Shown: piece by piece, positions 1 to 10,451 of the stretch | How positions within the stretch are numbered: the stretch's first letter is position 1 | Layout of the letters: every line of letters begins with the position of its first letter | From: a virus | Lineage: Duplodnaviria; Heunggongvirae; Uroviricota; Caudoviricetes | Virus record (IMG/VR): IMGVR_UViG_640753025_000001 | Location: 1 to 50,042 of that record | DNA length: 50,042 bases | Reading direction: 5' to 3' (one strand) | Position numbers and translations under genes: made by a program | The notes under the pieces: generated by a model | What the model was told of the DNA's origin: nothing | Seen by the model: only the letters and a program-made list of their open reading frames with translations | The model's database searches: none

Positions 1-1254
1 ATGCTGGAACAAATGGGCATTGCCGCGAAGCAAGCCTCGTATAAATTAGCGCAACTCTCCAGCCGCGAAAAAAATCGCGTGCTGGAAAAAATCGCCGATG
101 AACTGGAAGCACAAAGCGAAATCATCCTCAACGCTAACGCCCAGGATGTTGCTGACGCGCGTGCCAATGGCCTTGGCGAAGCGATGCTTGACCGTCTGGC
201 ACTGACGCCCGCACGGCTGAAAGGCATTGCCGATGATGTGCGCCAGGTGTGTAACCTCGCCGATCCGGTGGGGCAGGTAATCGATGGCAGCGTACTGGAC
301 AGCGGCCTGCGTCTTGAGCGTCGTCGCGTACCGCTGGGGGTTATTGGCGTGATTTATGAAGCGCGCCCGAACGTGACGGTTGATGTCGCTTCGCTGTGCC
401 TGAAAACCGGTAATGCGGTGATCCTGCGCGGTGGCAAAGAAACGTGTCGCACTAACGCTGCAACGGTGGCGGTGATTCAGGACGCCCTGAAATCCTGCGG
501 CTTACCGGCGGGTGCCGTGCAGGCGATTGATAATCCTGACCGTGCGCTGGTCAGTGAAATGCTGCGTATGGATAAATACATCGACATGCTGATCCCGCGT
601 GGTGGCGCTGGTTTGCATAAACTGTGCCGTGAACAGTCGACAATCCCGGTGATCACAGGTGGTATAGGCGTATGCCATATTTACGTTGATGAAAGTGTAG
701 AGATCGCTGAAGCATTAAAAGTGATCGTCAACGCGAAAACTCAGCGTCCGAGCACATGTAATACGGTTGAAACGTTGCTGGTGAATAAAAACATCGCCGA
801 TAGCTTCCTGCCCGCATTAAGCAAACAAATGGCGGAAAGCGGCGTGACATTACACGCAGATGCAGCTGCACTGGCGCAGTTGCAGGCAGGCCCTGCGAAG
901 GTGGTTGCTGTTAAAGCCGAAGAGTATGACGATGAGTTTCTGTCATTAGATTTGAACGTCAAAATCGTCAGCGATCTTGACGATGCCATCGCCCATATTC
1001 GTGAACACGGCACACAACACTCCGATGCGATCCTGACCCGCGATATGCGCAACGCCCAGCGTTTTGTTAACGAAGTGGATTCGTCCGCTGTTTACGTTAA
1101 CGCCTCTACGCGTTTTACCGACGGCGGCCAGTTTGGTCTGGGTGCGGAAGTGGCGGTAAGCACACAAAAACTCCACGCGCGTGGCCCAATGGGGCTGGAA
1201 GCACTGACCACTTACAAGTGGATCGGCATTGGTGATTACACCATTCGTGCGTAA
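1..1254 (+). CDS. proA: gamma-glutamyl phosphate reductase
   Basis: 417-aa ORF recognised as enterobacterial ProA; lies directly upstream of thrW as in E. coli. Confidence 0.93.
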   Translation: MLEQMGIAAKQASYKLAQLSSREKNRVLEKIADELEAQSEIILNANAQDVADARANGLGEAMLDRLALTPARLKGIADDVRQVCNLADPVGQVIDGSVLDSGLRLERRRVPLGVIGVIYEARPNVTVDVASLCLKTGNAVILRGGKETCRTNAATVAVIQDALKSCGLPAGAVQAIDNPDRALVSEMLRMDKYIDMLIPRGGAGLHKLCREQSTIPVITGGIGVCHIYVDESVEIAEALKVIVNAKTQRPSTCNTVETLLVNKNIADSFLPALSKQMAESGVTLHADAAALAQLQAGPAKVVAVKAEEYDDEFLSLDLNVKIVSDLDDAIAHIREHGTQHSDAILTRDMRNAQRFVNEVDSSAVYVNASTRFTDGGQFGLGAEVAVSTQKLHARGPMGLEALTTYKWIGIGDYTIRA

Positions 1255-1368
1255 ATAAAACCGGGTGATGCAAAAGTAGCCATTTGATTCACAAGGCCAT
1301 TGACGCATCGCCCGGTTAGTTTTAACCTTGTCCACCGTGATTCACGTTCGTGAACATGTCCTTTCAGG

Positions 1369-1444
1369 GCCGATATAGCTCAGTTGGTAGAGCAGCGCAT
1401 TCGTAATGCGAAGGTCGTAGGTTCGACTCCTATTATCGGCACCA
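1369..1444 (+). tRNA. thrW: tRNA-Thr (anticodon CGU), thrW-type
   Basis: 76-nt sequence GCCGATATAGCTCAGTTGGTAGAGCAGCGCATTCGTAATGCGAAGGTCGTAGGTTCGACTCCTATTATCGGCACCA with encoded CCA end. Confidence 0.9.
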
Positions 1445-1447
1445 TTT
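1399..1447. repeat. attL core: 49-bp direct repeat covering the tRNA 3' end
   Basis: ATTCGTAATGCGAAGGTCGTAGGTTCGACTCCTATTATCGGCACCATTT is repeated exactly at 43256..43304; flanks diverge on both sides. Confidence 0.8.
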
Positions 1448-1458
1448 AAATCAATAAG

Positions 1459-2619
1459 TTACCTCGCATTTAAGTAAACCACGTTCTCCTCTTGTGCCGT
1501 ATTTGTGCCATTGCGACTTATAATCGCATCGATTTTGCTTGCGTGCTCGGTGAGATGCCCGGCTGAAAGGTGGGCGTATCTTTGAACCATTTCGAGAGTT
1601 TCCCATCCTCCCATCTCTTTAAGTGCAAGAAGAGAGACACCAGACTGAACCAGCCAGCTTGCCCAGGTATGCCTCAGGTCATGGAAGCGGAAGTTGCTAA
1701 TGCCTGCCCGCTTTAACGCTCCCTTCCATGCCTTGTTGCTGTCGGTTCTCATCTTCCTTACCGCTGCTGTTTTTGTTCCGTCGCTTCGGTAGGCAGGTTT
1801 GGTGTGGACAAACACCCATCTCTTATGGAGACCCTGCTGTTTTCTTAATATCTGGCATGCGGTTTCGTTAAGAGGAACTCCGATCGCATTGCCAGCTTTT
1901 GTTTCATCAGGGTGCATCCATGCCATTTTCTTATCCAGATCGACCTGTGACCACTCAAGGTCTGTAACGTTGGAACGGCGAAGGCCTGTCGTGATTGCAA
2001 ACATGACCACAGGGAAGAAATGAGGAGCAATTTCTGCAAACAGGCGCTTCGATTCCTCCTCTGTAAGCCATCTGATTCGTCCATTCTTAACGCGTGGTGT
2101 TGATATTTTGGGCGCCCTGTCAAGCCATCCCCATTCAACAGCCATATTGAGAATAGCGCGAAGTATTGCCAGATGCCGCGTCTTCGTTCCTTTGCTTGCC
2201 AGCTTTGGTTTATACTCCGGCACTGGCTTGCCAAGCCGCAAACACCTGTCCCGGCTCATTTCCCAGTTCAGGCGATGGCGGCGGTTTTCCATCCCGTCTA
2301 CCGCCTCCATTATTTTTTCTGTTGTTATGTCTGAGAGAATGGTTTCTCTGAAGTGCAACATCCAGAACGATATAATGCTCTTGTCATCATCAATGGACTT
2401 CTTATCCGATTTCTCACGCAGCCACCGTATGCAGGCTTCCTTGAATAGCTTTTTCGGTGATTCCCCGAGATTTTTTACTCTCCACGCTTCTGCTTTCAGA
2501 CGATCGTGAAGTTCTTGCGCTTGCCTTTTGTCCGATGTTTCAAGAGAGCGTCTAACTCTTGATCCATCTGGCGCGACGAAATCGCAGTGCCACGTGCCAC
2601 CGCGTAGTTTGATTGACAT
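1459..2619 (-). CDS. int: tyrosine integrase, P22 Int-like
   Basis: 386-aa ORF with HDLRHTW and RYAHL catalytic region; 3' end 12 bp from attL. Confidence 0.9.
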   Translation of the reverse strand: MSIKLRGGTWHCDFVAPDGSRVRRSLETSDKRQAQELHDRLKAEAWRVKNLGESPKKLFKEACIRWLREKSDKKSIDDDKSIISFWMLHFRETILSDITTEKIMEAVDGMENRRHRLNWEMSRDRCLRLGKPVPEYKPKLASKGTKTRHLAILRAILNMAVEWGWLDRAPKISTPRVKNGRIRWLTEEESKRLFAEIAPHFFPVVMFAITTGLRRSNVTDLEWSQVDLDKKMAWMHPDETKAGNAIGVPLNETACQILRKQQGLHKRWVFVHTKPAYRSDGTKTAAVRKMRTDSNKAWKGALKRAGISNFRFHDLRHTWASWLVQSGVSLLALKEMGGWETLEMVQRYAHLSAGHLTEHASKIDAIISRNGTNTAQEENVVYLNAR

Positions 2620-2843
2620 GCTTTAACCTCCTGCACATCAACCGCATTCACCGCGCTATTGTGTCTCACAGACTTAAGCGCCGCAATGCAGTCTGACTTG
2701 CAAATGCGATATGGACTTTTAGGTTTATCTGGATTTATCTTTGCGGCCTGAAGTCGTCCACTTCGTATCCACTGTGTGATAGTGCCTTTGTCTACCTTCA
2801 GATACGACGCAGCTTCTTCACGAGTGAAGATTTCTTCTTCCAC
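2496..2843 (-). CDS. xis: excisionase-like protein
   Basis: 115-aa ORF upstream of and overlapping int start; N-terminus MEEEIFTREEAASYLKV typical of P22-type Xis. Confidence 0.7.
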   Translation of the reverse strand: MEEEIFTREEAASYLKVDKGTITQWIRSGRLQAAKINPDKPKSPYRICKSDCIAALKSVRHNSAVNAVDVQEVKACQSNYAVARGTAISSRQMDQELDALLKHRTKGKRKNFTIV

Positions 2844-2928
2844 CTGGAATCTCCATTTGTTGGATTGACATTATTGCGGTAGGTCTGGATATCTTGAGAA
2901 ATGAACAGGCCTCATCGAGTGTGAGGCG

Positions 2929-3273
2929 TTAGTCCTTGCGTAGCTCGCTGATTCTTCTGTAAGTCTGTGGTGCTTTGTTTCCGTGTATCTTCATTTCAGA
3001 CTTCAACAGAGCAACGAGGGAATCCCATTCGTTGAGGATGCCTTTGAATGTCGGAACGCGCTTTGCAACCTTGTCGAATGAATCTCTGATTTCTGGAATC
3101 TGCTCAACAAGTGCAACGCATCGCCGGAAGTCTGCTGCGTCATGGGGAGCGCCGAAGTGATGACCATAGATATTCTTTTTCAGTCCACATGCGATTGAGG
3201 CAAGAGTTGCGCTACTGATGCCAACATCGCCAGTCGATTGCCATTTCAAAACCTTCATAGCCAAATCTGACAT
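2929..3273 (-). CDS. hypothetical phage protein
   Basis: 114-aa ORF, co-oriented with the early-left operon. Confidence 0.5.
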   Translation of the reverse strand: MSDLAMKVLKWQSTGDVGISSATLASIACGLKKNIYGHHFGAPHDAADFRRCVALVEQIPEIRDSFDKVAKRVPTFKGILNEWDSLVALLKSEMKIHGNKAPQTYRRISELRKD

Positions 3274-3460
3274 TTCTTGTCTCCATAAAACAAAACCCGC
3301 CGTAGCGAGTTCAGATAAAAGAAATCCCCGCGAGTGCGAGGATTGTTAGTTGCTATCTGCTGCTTCCTTGGTCATTACCATATCCACCCAATTTCACCAG
3401 ACATGATTCTCGCAATCACTATTATCACCAAAGTGATAATCACAACTTTAACTGGCGGCA

Positions 3461-4102
3461 TCATTCACCATCCTGCTCCGGCGGTTCTGGCAGCGGCATC
3501 CAGTGAGTTACGTCATCCAAGATATTTCCTGATAAATACGTGAAAGCTCTATATTTTTTGTAATCAATTGGATTTACAACCCAGTTCCAATATGCGGCCA
3601 CGATTTCACCTTGACTAAATGCCAGTAACATTTTGGTGTCTTCCGGCATTCGATCACTACAGCTTATCCAACTACCCGGAGTTACCGGAGAGTTGCCGCG
3701 TTCTTTAATGTGCAAGCGAGGCTCACCATCTTTTGGTTCAGGCCACTGGCGTTCCATGTTGATCTTCAATTTATTTTCCATAGCAGCGGTAATTTCAGCA
3801 TCACTGATACCAGCACGGCGCTGTGCATCCCACAACAGAAACTGCATATCAGCCCACTCGCTAAGATCGTCTGGTTCGGCTGCGGCTTCCAGTGCCTCTT
3901 TTGAGAGATGTTTCAGCGGACCAATGGGGCCAACGCAGCCAAATGTGGAGTCAGACCATTTGGCATGCTCGTGGCGAATCTGTTCGCGTTCCAGTGATGC
4001 CAGTGCAATTCGTGCCAGTTCCATTTGTTCGCCACGAGTAAGTCCGTTATCAAGCGGATTTTTAATGAATAATTTGATACGTTCTTTGGTTATAGCGCTC
4101 AT
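3461..4102 (-). CDS. phage protein, DUF551-like C-terminus
   Basis: ORF with AAGGAG RBS before ATG at 4102 (MSAITKE); C-terminal WMPLPEPP motif recalled from DUF551 proteins. Confidence 0.5.
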   Translation of the reverse strand: MSAITKERIKLFIKNPLDNGLTRGEQMELARIALASLEREQIRHEHAKWSDSTFGCVGPIGPLKHLSKEALEAAAEPDDLSEWADMQFLLWDAQRRAGISDAEITAAMENKLKINMERQWPEPKDGEPRLHIKERGNSPVTPGSWISCSDRMPEDTKMLLAFSQGEIVAAYWNWVVNPIDYKKYRAFTYLSGNILDDVTHWMPLPEPPEQDGE

Positions 4103-4103
4103 A

Positions 4104-4796
4104 TCACTCTCCTTTGATGCGAATGCCAGCGGTGCGGGAATCATTCCATCGCTTTACTTCTTCACGAATTACGTCAATGCATTCTTTCGAATCCATTAGG
4201 TAATCTTCATCAAAAAGACGTTCCTGTTCGTTTTCTATCGCAACAATGATTGCTTCAACTAACTTTTGTGCCTGAGAATCACTTTCTAACTCTGCTATGC
4301 GCTTCTCTGCGGCTTCCAACTTCTCGCGCATATCGTCAACGTACTCGACCAGAGATCCGCCAGCAGGAATTTCGCACTCCTCGACCAGTTGGAAGTAGAT
4401 ATCAGCTGCGGCCCGTGTGTTGCTATGCCTAGCGTCGCCCATCTCACCTTCACGAAGAGCATCGCGTTCGGCGGTAAGATTGGCTATTTTGCTGTCTTTG
4501 CCTTCCAGCTCAACTCTCAGCTTCCCAACCGTAAGAGCAATATCCTCGTTCTCCTGGTCACGGCGTTTGATGTATTGCTGGTTTCTTTCCCGTTCATCCA
4601 GTAGTGCCAGCACGGTTTCTGGTCCGGCCAGAAATTTGAAGGCGTTGAGCGCATCAATATCCACACCGTAATCTTTAAGTTCCTGTTCACTTAACAAATC
4701 ATCATCAGCTGGCAACATTAACAGGCGTTCCATTGCTGGAATTGCACGTTCCGCCGCCTCACGTAGTGCCTGATAGTCAATTGTCATACTCGCCAT
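4104..4796 (-). CDS. Ea22-like coiled-coil protein
   Basis: 230-aa acidic ORF rich in heptad-like E/L/K segments; position matches lambdoid ea22; start may be 4787. Confidence 0.5.
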   Translation of the reverse strand: MASMTIDYQALREAAERAIPAMERLLMLPADDDLLSEQELKDYGVDIDALNAFKFLAGPETVLALLDERERNQQYIKRRDQENEDIALTVGKLRVELEGKDSKIANLTAERDALREGEMGDARHSNTRAAADIYFQLVEECEIPAGGSLVEYVDDMREKLEAAEKRIAELESDSQAQKLVEAIIVAIENEQERLFDEDYLMDSKECIDVIREEVKRWNDSRTAGIRIKGE

Positions 4797-5428
4797 CCCT
4801 CACAGTTGTAATCACTACAGCCTTCAAAATCATATGGGCTGTACTGCCAGGTGATTTTTCCGCAATGCGGACAATTCCAACGCACCTTCCCGCTTCGCGA
4901 CTTCTTTCTTCTGTTCTGCTCTTTCAACCAGTCAGGCATGACCAAACCTGCGCCCTGAACCATTGTTCTGCGGTTAAAGTTATTGATATTGAACGTCCGG
5001 CGCTTTGCTGCATCAGCAATGGAAAATGGCAACCAAACTATTCCTGGTTCGTTTTTGTTGGCGACGCTAAAGATGGTCGCTTTACTGAAGTCATCTGTTG
5101 GCAATCCACCGTGTTGAAGCCAGTAAACATCGTTGCCGTTCCAGCTACCTTTTTTGTAGGCCACATACGCAGTGCAATCTGACTCAATCAGGCTTTCTGT
5201 GGGGATGTACTGGCAATCAACGTGCCACACAGCCATTGCATCCACGCTATCAGCGCAAACAGGCTGATCGATATCTCGTCCACAATTCCAGGCTTTTTGG
5301 GCTTCTTCCAGCGTGTAAACATGAGCGCGATCGATATCAGAACTGTAACCATTGCCGTTATGGCAATGGAATGAGGCGTTATTACCCACAGTTTCACGCA
5401 AGCACATCATGTAAAAGCGGTTATTCAC
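4784..5428 (-). CDS. hypothetical Cys-rich phage protein
   Basis: 214-aa ORF with C-terminal CPHCG...CSDYNCEGW cysteine cluster; GTG start after AAAGGAGG. Confidence 0.5.
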   Translation of the reverse strand: MNNRFYMMCLRETVGNNASFHCHNGNGYSSDIDRAHVYTLEEAQKAWNCGRDIDQPVCADSVDAMAVWHVDCQYIPTESLIESDCTAYVAYKKGSWNGNDVYWLQHGGLPTDDFSKATIFSVANKNEPGIVWLPFSIADAAKRRTFNINNFNRRTMVQGAGLVMPDWLKEQNRRKKSRSGKVRWNCPHCGKITWQYSPYDFEGCSDYNCEGWRV

Positions 5429-5592
5429 TGGTTGCCTCCTTTACGCCACATCGCATTCAGATATTTGTTTTGATTTACTGATGGAAAAGAATTTCTCTTA
5501 AGCAATTCCTCTCTCGATGGCATTGGCTTTACGCGTTGGCGAATAATCATTTCTGCCGGAAGAATGCCGGGATTGTATGCAAGTCCTCTCAT
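5425..5592 (-). CDS. small hypothetical protein (55 aa)
   Basis: ATG at 5592 preceded by AAAGAGGAA RBS; below the ORF-track size cutoff. Confidence 0.3.
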   Translation of the reverse strand: MRGLAYNPGILPAEMIIRQRVKPMPSREELLKRNSFPSVNQNKYLNAMWRKGGNQ

Positions 5593-5608
5593 GGTAAATT
5601 CCTCTTTG

Positions 5609-5923
5609 TTAATTTATTCGTATGCCTGCTCTTTCTTCATCGAGTTTTTTTAGCTTGTATCGCATAGCCCTTACTGAATAAATTGAGCGGCAGGTTGCAA
5701 TTGCTATTTCTTCTGCGGAGAACTTACCGAAAAGTGATACTTCGGCTCTTGTCCATCGTCTTCCACGAAGTCGGCTAACAATGTCAGCGCCAATCCTTGT
5801 TGCTTTCGCCATTACTGCTTTTTCAGTCCTTTCCAGTTTTTCAGCGATAACTTCAACTGGCATTGTCGCCGCTACTTCGCGTAAGAAATCGACTTCCCAT
5901 TTCTCCCATGGATTCTTTTTCAT
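5609..5923 (-). CDS. hypothetical phage protein
   Basis: 104-aa basic ORF in early-left operon. Confidence 0.5.
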   Translation of the reverse strand: MKKNPWEKWEVDFLREVAATMPVEVIAEKLERTEKAVMAKATRIGADIVSRLRGRRWTRAEVSLFGKFSAEEIAIATCRSIYSVRAMRYKLKKLDEERAGIRIN

Positions 5924-6325
5924 AGGCGATACCGTTATTTGATAAGAAGTGAAGGTTTCCCAACTTTGAGTTGAGCGCCGGGGATATTTATTCCTGCTTT
6001 TAGTTGGTGTTTGATTGCCAGTTTGTCGGCTTTAATTGTTGTTTCAAACTCAACGTATTCTGGAGGAAGGGCGCTTGAGTCGATGATTTCTACAGTTTCT
6101 GACGGTTTGCGGATTGTTACCTGGTGAATACCTGCTCGAATCTTTTTCTTTCCAACCATTTCAAGCGATGACGCTATATACGTCATAATGCTATCAATCT
6201 TATTTTGAATTACTGCTGCTCTTTCATTCAGTGACTTTGCCTCTTCCTTGAGGCGTTCAGCATAACCATGAATCGCCACGGGTTTAACAGACACCTCAGA
6301 GTCATTTAAGATGGCTTAAAGAGAG

Positions 6326-6610
6326 GTGCCCATGAGCGGTAAGCGTTATCCCGAAGAGTTTAAAACTGAAGCAGTCAAACAGGTTGTTGATCGCGGTTAT
6401 TCTGTTGCCAGCGTTGCAACACGTCTCGATATCACCACCCACAGCCTTTATGCCTGGATAAAGAAGTACGGTCCGGATTCTTCCACTAATAAAGAACAGT
6501 CAGATGCTCAGGCCGAGATCCGCCGTCTCCAGAAAGAGCTGAAACGGGTTACCGACGAACGGGACATATTAAAAAAAGCCGCGGCGTACTTCGCAAAGCT
6601 GTCCGACTGA
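6326..6610 (+). CDS. IS3-family transposase OrfA (HTH)
   Basis: 94-aa ORF; A-run (TTAAAAAAAGCC) near 3' end consistent with a -1 frameshift site. Confidence 0.9.
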   Translation: MPMSGKRYPEEFKTEAVKQVVDRGYSVASVATRLDITTHSLYAWIKKYGPDSSTNKEQSDAQAEIRRLQKELKRVTDERDILKKAAAYFAKLSD

Positions 6611-6666
6611 GGTACGCCTTTATCCGTGACAACTCCTGTTGCTGGCCTGTTCGCCTGCTCTGTCGG

Positions 6667-7479
6667 GTGCTGGATGTTCATCCCAGTGGTTTTTACGCCT
6701 GGCTTCAGCAGCCGCATTCACAACGCCATCAGGCAGACCTGAGACTGACAGGACAGATTAAACAGTTCTGGCTGGAATCGGGATGCGTCTATGGTTATCG
6801 CAAAATCCATCTGGATTTGCGTGACAGCGGGCAACAGTGCGGAGTAAACAGAGTCTGGAGACTGATGAAACGTGTCGGAATAAAGGCTCAGGTCGGATAC
6901 CGAAGCCCGCGGGCACGTAAAGGCGAGGCCAGTATCGTGTCACCCAACAGGCTCCAGCGACAGTTCAATCCGGATGCTCCTGATGAGCGTTGGGTAACGG
7001 ACATAACCTACATCAGGACCCACGAAGGCTGGCTGTATCTTGCCGTTGTTGTTGATCTGTTCTCACGCAAAATTATCGGCTGGTCCATGCAATCCCGGAT
7101 GACAAAGGACATTGTCCTGAACGCACTGCTGATGGCTGTATGGCGGCGTAATCCCGAAAAACAGGTGCTGGTTCATTCGGATCAGGGCAGTCAGTACACA
7201 AGCCATGAGTGGCAGTCGTTCCTGAAATCACACGGCCTGGAGGGTAGCATGAGCCGTCGCGGTAACTGCCATGATAATGCGGTTGCAGAAAGTTTTTTCC
7301 AGTTGTTGAAACGTGAACGGATAAAGAAAAAGATCTACGGAACGCGGGAAGAAGCCCGCAGTGATATTTTTGATTACATCGAAATGTTTTATAACAGTAA
7401 GCGTCGGCATGGTTCTAGCGAACAGATGTCACCGACAGAATATGAAAACCAGTATTATCAACGGCTCGGAAGTGTCTAG
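6667..7479 (+). CDS. IS3-family transposase OrfB (DDE catalytic domain)
   Basis: 270-aa ORF from first Met; expected expression as OrfAB fusion by frameshift. Confidence 0.9.
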   Translation: MLDVHPSGFYAWLQQPHSQRHQADLRLTGQIKQFWLESGCVYGYRKIHLDLRDSGQQCGVNRVWRLMKRVGIKAQVGYRSPRARKGEASIVSPNRLQRQFNPDAPDERWVTDITYIRTHEGWLYLAVVVDLFSRKIIGWSMQSRMTKDIVLNALLMAVWRRNPEKQVLVHSDQGSQYTSHEWQSFLKSHGLEGSMSRRGNCHDNAVAESFFQLLKRERIKKKIYGTREEARSDIFDYIEMFYNSKRRHGSSEQMSPTEYENQYYQRLGSV

Positions 7480-7632
7480 ATTATCCGTGGCGATTCACCA
7501 GACTCATTTTTAATAATGGCAAGAAGTTGCTCTATTTTATCGGTAAATTCTCCTTCCATGCCTTCTATTGTGTCAGCAATCATCTCTGGCTCTAAATCTG
7601 AATCCATCAATTTTGCGTATTCATTGGCAATT

Positions 7633-8535
7633 TCATACAGTTTGCTCACTGGCAACCTCCAGTTTCGCTTTGCATTCTGCGTAAATGGCTTGTATGTTCT
7701 GCTGCAATTTCATTCCAGATGTCAGGCGATATGCTTCTGCAAAATATCTCTTCAAATCATCCATGTTTTCAGCCTGAGTCATTTCATCACAAAGAAGTTG
7801 TGCTTTTTCCATTATTTCCTGCTGGCGTTTCCGTTCATCTTCGCGGATATCTTCCTCTGATTTGTGCGGCATAACTGGTTCCTGATGCATACCTTCATCT
7901 TCGTTAAGCAGGTGAATGGCATTATCCAGTCGCTGGGCTTTAGGCCAGTATTTGCTGGCGCGTTTAACTATTGTTTTACGTGCCATCTCTTCCCAGAATG
8001 TTTTCCACGGTCCATTCTTTGCCTTGCTCGTTGCTTCCACAGCTTTAATTTCTGCCAGACTCATTTCTTCAGTCAGGTAGTCACCATCTGCTGTTTTAAC
8101 CGTACAATAACCACCAACAATAGAGCCTCGCTCACCAAATGCGTTGTATTTGTGGGTTGGTGCTGAATCAAGGCCATTTGATTCATAGGTGTCGTTTGAG
8201 TACACCAGTTTGCATTGCCCCCACTTAATTGATCCTGTCGATTGCGCAAGATGAAGTAACCCCATGTAACTGATATCAAGGCAAACCATGCCGTCGCGCG
8301 GAACCAGATAAGCCAGTTTGCTAGCCGGGTTTAAGGTGATACCGATCGCCGCAACATTGATGATGGCGTTCTGTGCGCTGGTTGGATTTGCCAGTGCCGT
8401 TTTAGCCAGGTAATCATTTTTCTGGAAATACTGAATTGCAAACTGGCTTTCCTTAGCCCATGTCACCGTCTGTTCAGTCAATGCTCCGCAGAATAACTGC
8501 TCCTGCTGTTTAACGAATTCAACGATATTGCTCAT
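7633..8535 (-). CDS. recT: recombinase RecT
   Basis: 300-aa ORF recognised as RecT family single-strand annealing protein. Confidence 0.88.
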   Translation of the reverse strand: MSNIVEFVKQQEQLFCGALTEQTVTWAKESQFAIQYFQKNDYLAKTALANPTSAQNAIINVAAIGITLNPASKLAYLVPRDGMVCLDISYMGLLHLAQSTGSIKWGQCKLVYSNDTYESNGLDSAPTHKYNAFGERGSIVGGYCTVKTADGDYLTEEMSLAEIKAVEATSKAKNGPWKTFWEEMARKTIVKRASKYWPKAQRLDNAIHLLNEDEGMHQEPVMPHKSEEDIREDERKRQQEIMEKAQLLCDEMTQAENMDDLKRYFAEAYRLTSGMKLQQNIQAIYAECKAKLEVASEQTV

Positions 8536-8843
8536 GCTGCTTCTCCATAAATGTGTCTGCGTTTGAATATTGCGAAGGCATATTCAGCCTTAACTCTTTC
8601 GTTTATTGCATCCCAGAACCATTCAGCGGCTTTTTCCTGATAGTTACAGTCATCATCTTCCAGCCAGTCGATAGCGTCCTTAGTGTGTTCATCTGGTTTA
8701 TATGAGCGAAGCATTTCGCTTATTGGGTCGCAACGTTTGCAGAGACGATCAACTTCACTGTTGATTCGTTCGTAATCTTCATCAGTAAAACTTGCGATTA
8801 TTTGCGATATTTCACGCTTATCATTCAGAGTCAGAATCATCAT
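8532..8843 (-). CDS. hypothetical phage protein
   Basis: 103-aa ORF overlapping recT start by 4 nt. Confidence 0.5.
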   Translation of the reverse strand: MMILTLNDKREISQIIASFTDEDYERINSEVDRLCKRCDPISEMLRSYKPDEHTKDAIDWLEDDDCNYQEKAAEWFWDAINERVKAEYAFAIFKRRHIYGEAA

Positions 8844-8924
8844 CTTTCTCCTGTTCTTTGTGCTGATTGAGCATTTTGTTCATCTGACGAATGAATTCTT
8901 CGTCTGACCAGTTATCTGTAAAAC

Positions 8925-9095
8925 TCATGGACGGCCTTGTTGTTTCAAAATATCCCAAATCTTTTCGAGCAAGCTTTTCATTCTTGGTTGTTTAAAGTCT
9001 GCTCCGGTTAGAATGTTTTTTCGTGAATGCTGTACCGATAAAATCGGGTTGAAAGGGCGAACCGATGCCGCCCCTGCAATAGCGAACTGTTGCAT
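8925..9095 (-). CDS. small hypothetical protein
   Basis: ATG at 9095 (MQQFAIAG) preceded by AAGGAG; ORF-track version extends further upstream. Confidence 0.35.
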   Translation of the reverse strand: MQQFAIAGAASVRPFNPILSVQHSRKNILTGADFKQPRMKSLLEKIWDILKQQGRP

Positions 9096-9170
9096 AGGAT
9101 GCTCCTTCTGTTTGATTGCATAACGAAAACGCCTCGAGTGAAGCGTTATTGGTATGCGGTAAAGCCGCAC

Positions 9171-9539
9171 TCAGGCGGCCTTGATAGTCATATCATCTGA
9201 ATCAAATATTCCTGATGTATCGATATCGGTAATTCTTATTCCTTCACTACCATCCATTGGAGGCCATCCTTCCTGACCATTTCCATCATTCCAGTCGAAC
9301 TCACACACAACACCATATGCATTTAAGTCGCTTGAAATTGCTATAAGCAGAGCATGTTGCGCTAGCATGATTAATACAGCATTTAATACAGAGCCGTGTT
9401 TTTTGAGTCTGTATTCAGAGTCTGACCAGAAATTATTAATCTGGTGAAGTTTTTCCTCTGTCATTACGTCATGGTCGATTTCAATTTCTATTGATGCTTT
9501 CCAGTCGTAATCAATGATGTATTTTTTGATGTTTGACAT
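9171..9539 (-). CDS. hypothetical phage protein
   Basis: 122-aa ORF. Confidence 0.5.
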   Translation of the reverse strand: MSNIKKYIIDYDWKASIEIEIDHDVMTEEKLHQINNFWSDSEYRLKKHGSVLNAVLIMLAQHALLIAISSDLNAYGVVCEFDWNDGNGQEGWPPMDGSEGIRITDIDTSGIFDSDDMTIKAA

Positions 9540-9721
9540 CTGTTCATATCCTCATAGATAAAAAATTGCACTCACATTGGAGGGCAAAGAAGATTTCCAA
9601 TAATCAGAACAAGTCGGCTCCTGTTTAGTTACGAGCGACATTGCTCCGTGTATTCACTCGTTGGAATGAATACACAGTGCAGTGTTTATTCTGTTGTTTA
9701 TGCCAAAAATGAAGGCCACCA

Positions 9722-9973
9722 TCAGGCAGCCTTGTTGTAAATGTTGCAGGTATCAAGTAAGTAATTAGATGGAGCGCCATAAATTATGAATTCATCGTTT
9801 GTCGGGTCCATCTCCATCTCTTGGCCTATTGCCATTCTTGCGTCAGTGTCATCAGCGGCGAAGCATAAAACAGCCCACGCACCCATTGTTTTAAAAAGAA
9901 CTGCAATTGGCTGTGGTTTTACTGAATTTGCGTTAGCGCGAAAATCATAAATCGCACTTTCATGAAATTCCAT
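9722..9973 (-). CDS. hypothetical phage protein
   Basis: 83-aa ORF. Confidence 0.45.
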   Translation of the reverse strand: MEFHESAIYDFRANANSVKPQPIAVLFKTMGAWAVLCFAADDTDARMAIGQEMEMDPTNDEFIIYGAPSNYLLDTCNIYNKAA

Positions 9974-10083
9974 ATATCACCTCAAATAAGTGGTTTGCTA
10001 CCTAATTTCATTTTCTGGCGACCAACACAAGTCACGCCCATTTCACTGCGTGGCTTGCGGTAGTAAATTAAGTTTGTTCAGAC

Positions 10084-10106
10084 AATAAAAAACCCACCGA
10101 AGTGGG
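10084..10106 (-). terminator. rho-independent terminator (tL-like)
   Basis: On minus strand: GC stem CCCAC/GTGGG with TTCG loop followed by T-run, just downstream of ORF 10107..10451. Confidence 0.5.
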
Positions 10107-10451
10107 CTATGACCATTTTTTATTTGGATTTCGTTGGTGAGCGTGATTAACAACTCTGTGCATGACATCCTCATATTTTTCATCTTCAATTTTTTCGACA
10201 TCGCGAGGAAATGGTGTTGCTAATGCTTTGTCAACTTTGTCCATTGGTTCTTCATTAATCTTATATTCAGGACCGTCATCTATAGCATTAAATCCAGGTG
10301 TTACACCGTTTTTTAATGCATATGCTATCCTTTTTTCCCATCTCGCTATTCTCCTCCTGTCTCGAGATGTAAGACCTCTATCAGATACTTTTCTGTTTTG
10401 TCCGCGGTCAGGATTAACATAAATAGTCTTTTTCACCATAAGCATACTCAA
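10107..10451 (-). CDS. hypothetical phage protein
   Basis: 114-aa ORF downstream of N. Confidence 0.5.
   Translation of the reverse strand: MSMLMVKKTIYVNPDRGQNRKVSDRGLTSRDRRRIARWEKRIAYALKNGVTPGFNAIDDGPEYKINEEPMDKVDKALATPFPRDVEKIEDEKYEDVMHRVVNHAHQRNPNKKWS

Larger units (their letters stand above)
6269..7497 (+). mobile_element. IS3-family insertion sequence, copy 1 (1229 bp)
   Basis: Terminal inverted repeats TGAATCGCCACGG / CCGTGGCGATTCA; flanking 3-bp direct repeat CCA (6266..6268 and 7498..7500); orfA and orfB. Confidence 0.9.
5935..7649 (-). pseudogene. Gp157-like gene (my family assignment) interrupted by IS3-family insertion
   Basis: GTG at 7649 after GGAGG; frame continues 7649..7501 then 6268..5935 once the IS and one copy of the CCA duplication are removed, giving a ~160-aa protein. 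Confidence 0.65.

Noticed and set aside
741-1335. Minus-strand ORFs 741..1052 and 946..1335 overlapping proA
   Set aside because: Antisense shadow ORFs inside a well-supported housekeeping gene; no RBS and no recognisable product.
7516-8166. Plus-strand ORFs 7516..7860 and 7864..8166 opposite recT
   Set aside because: Antisense to a confidently identified gene; low-complexity hydrophobic translation typical of shadow frames.
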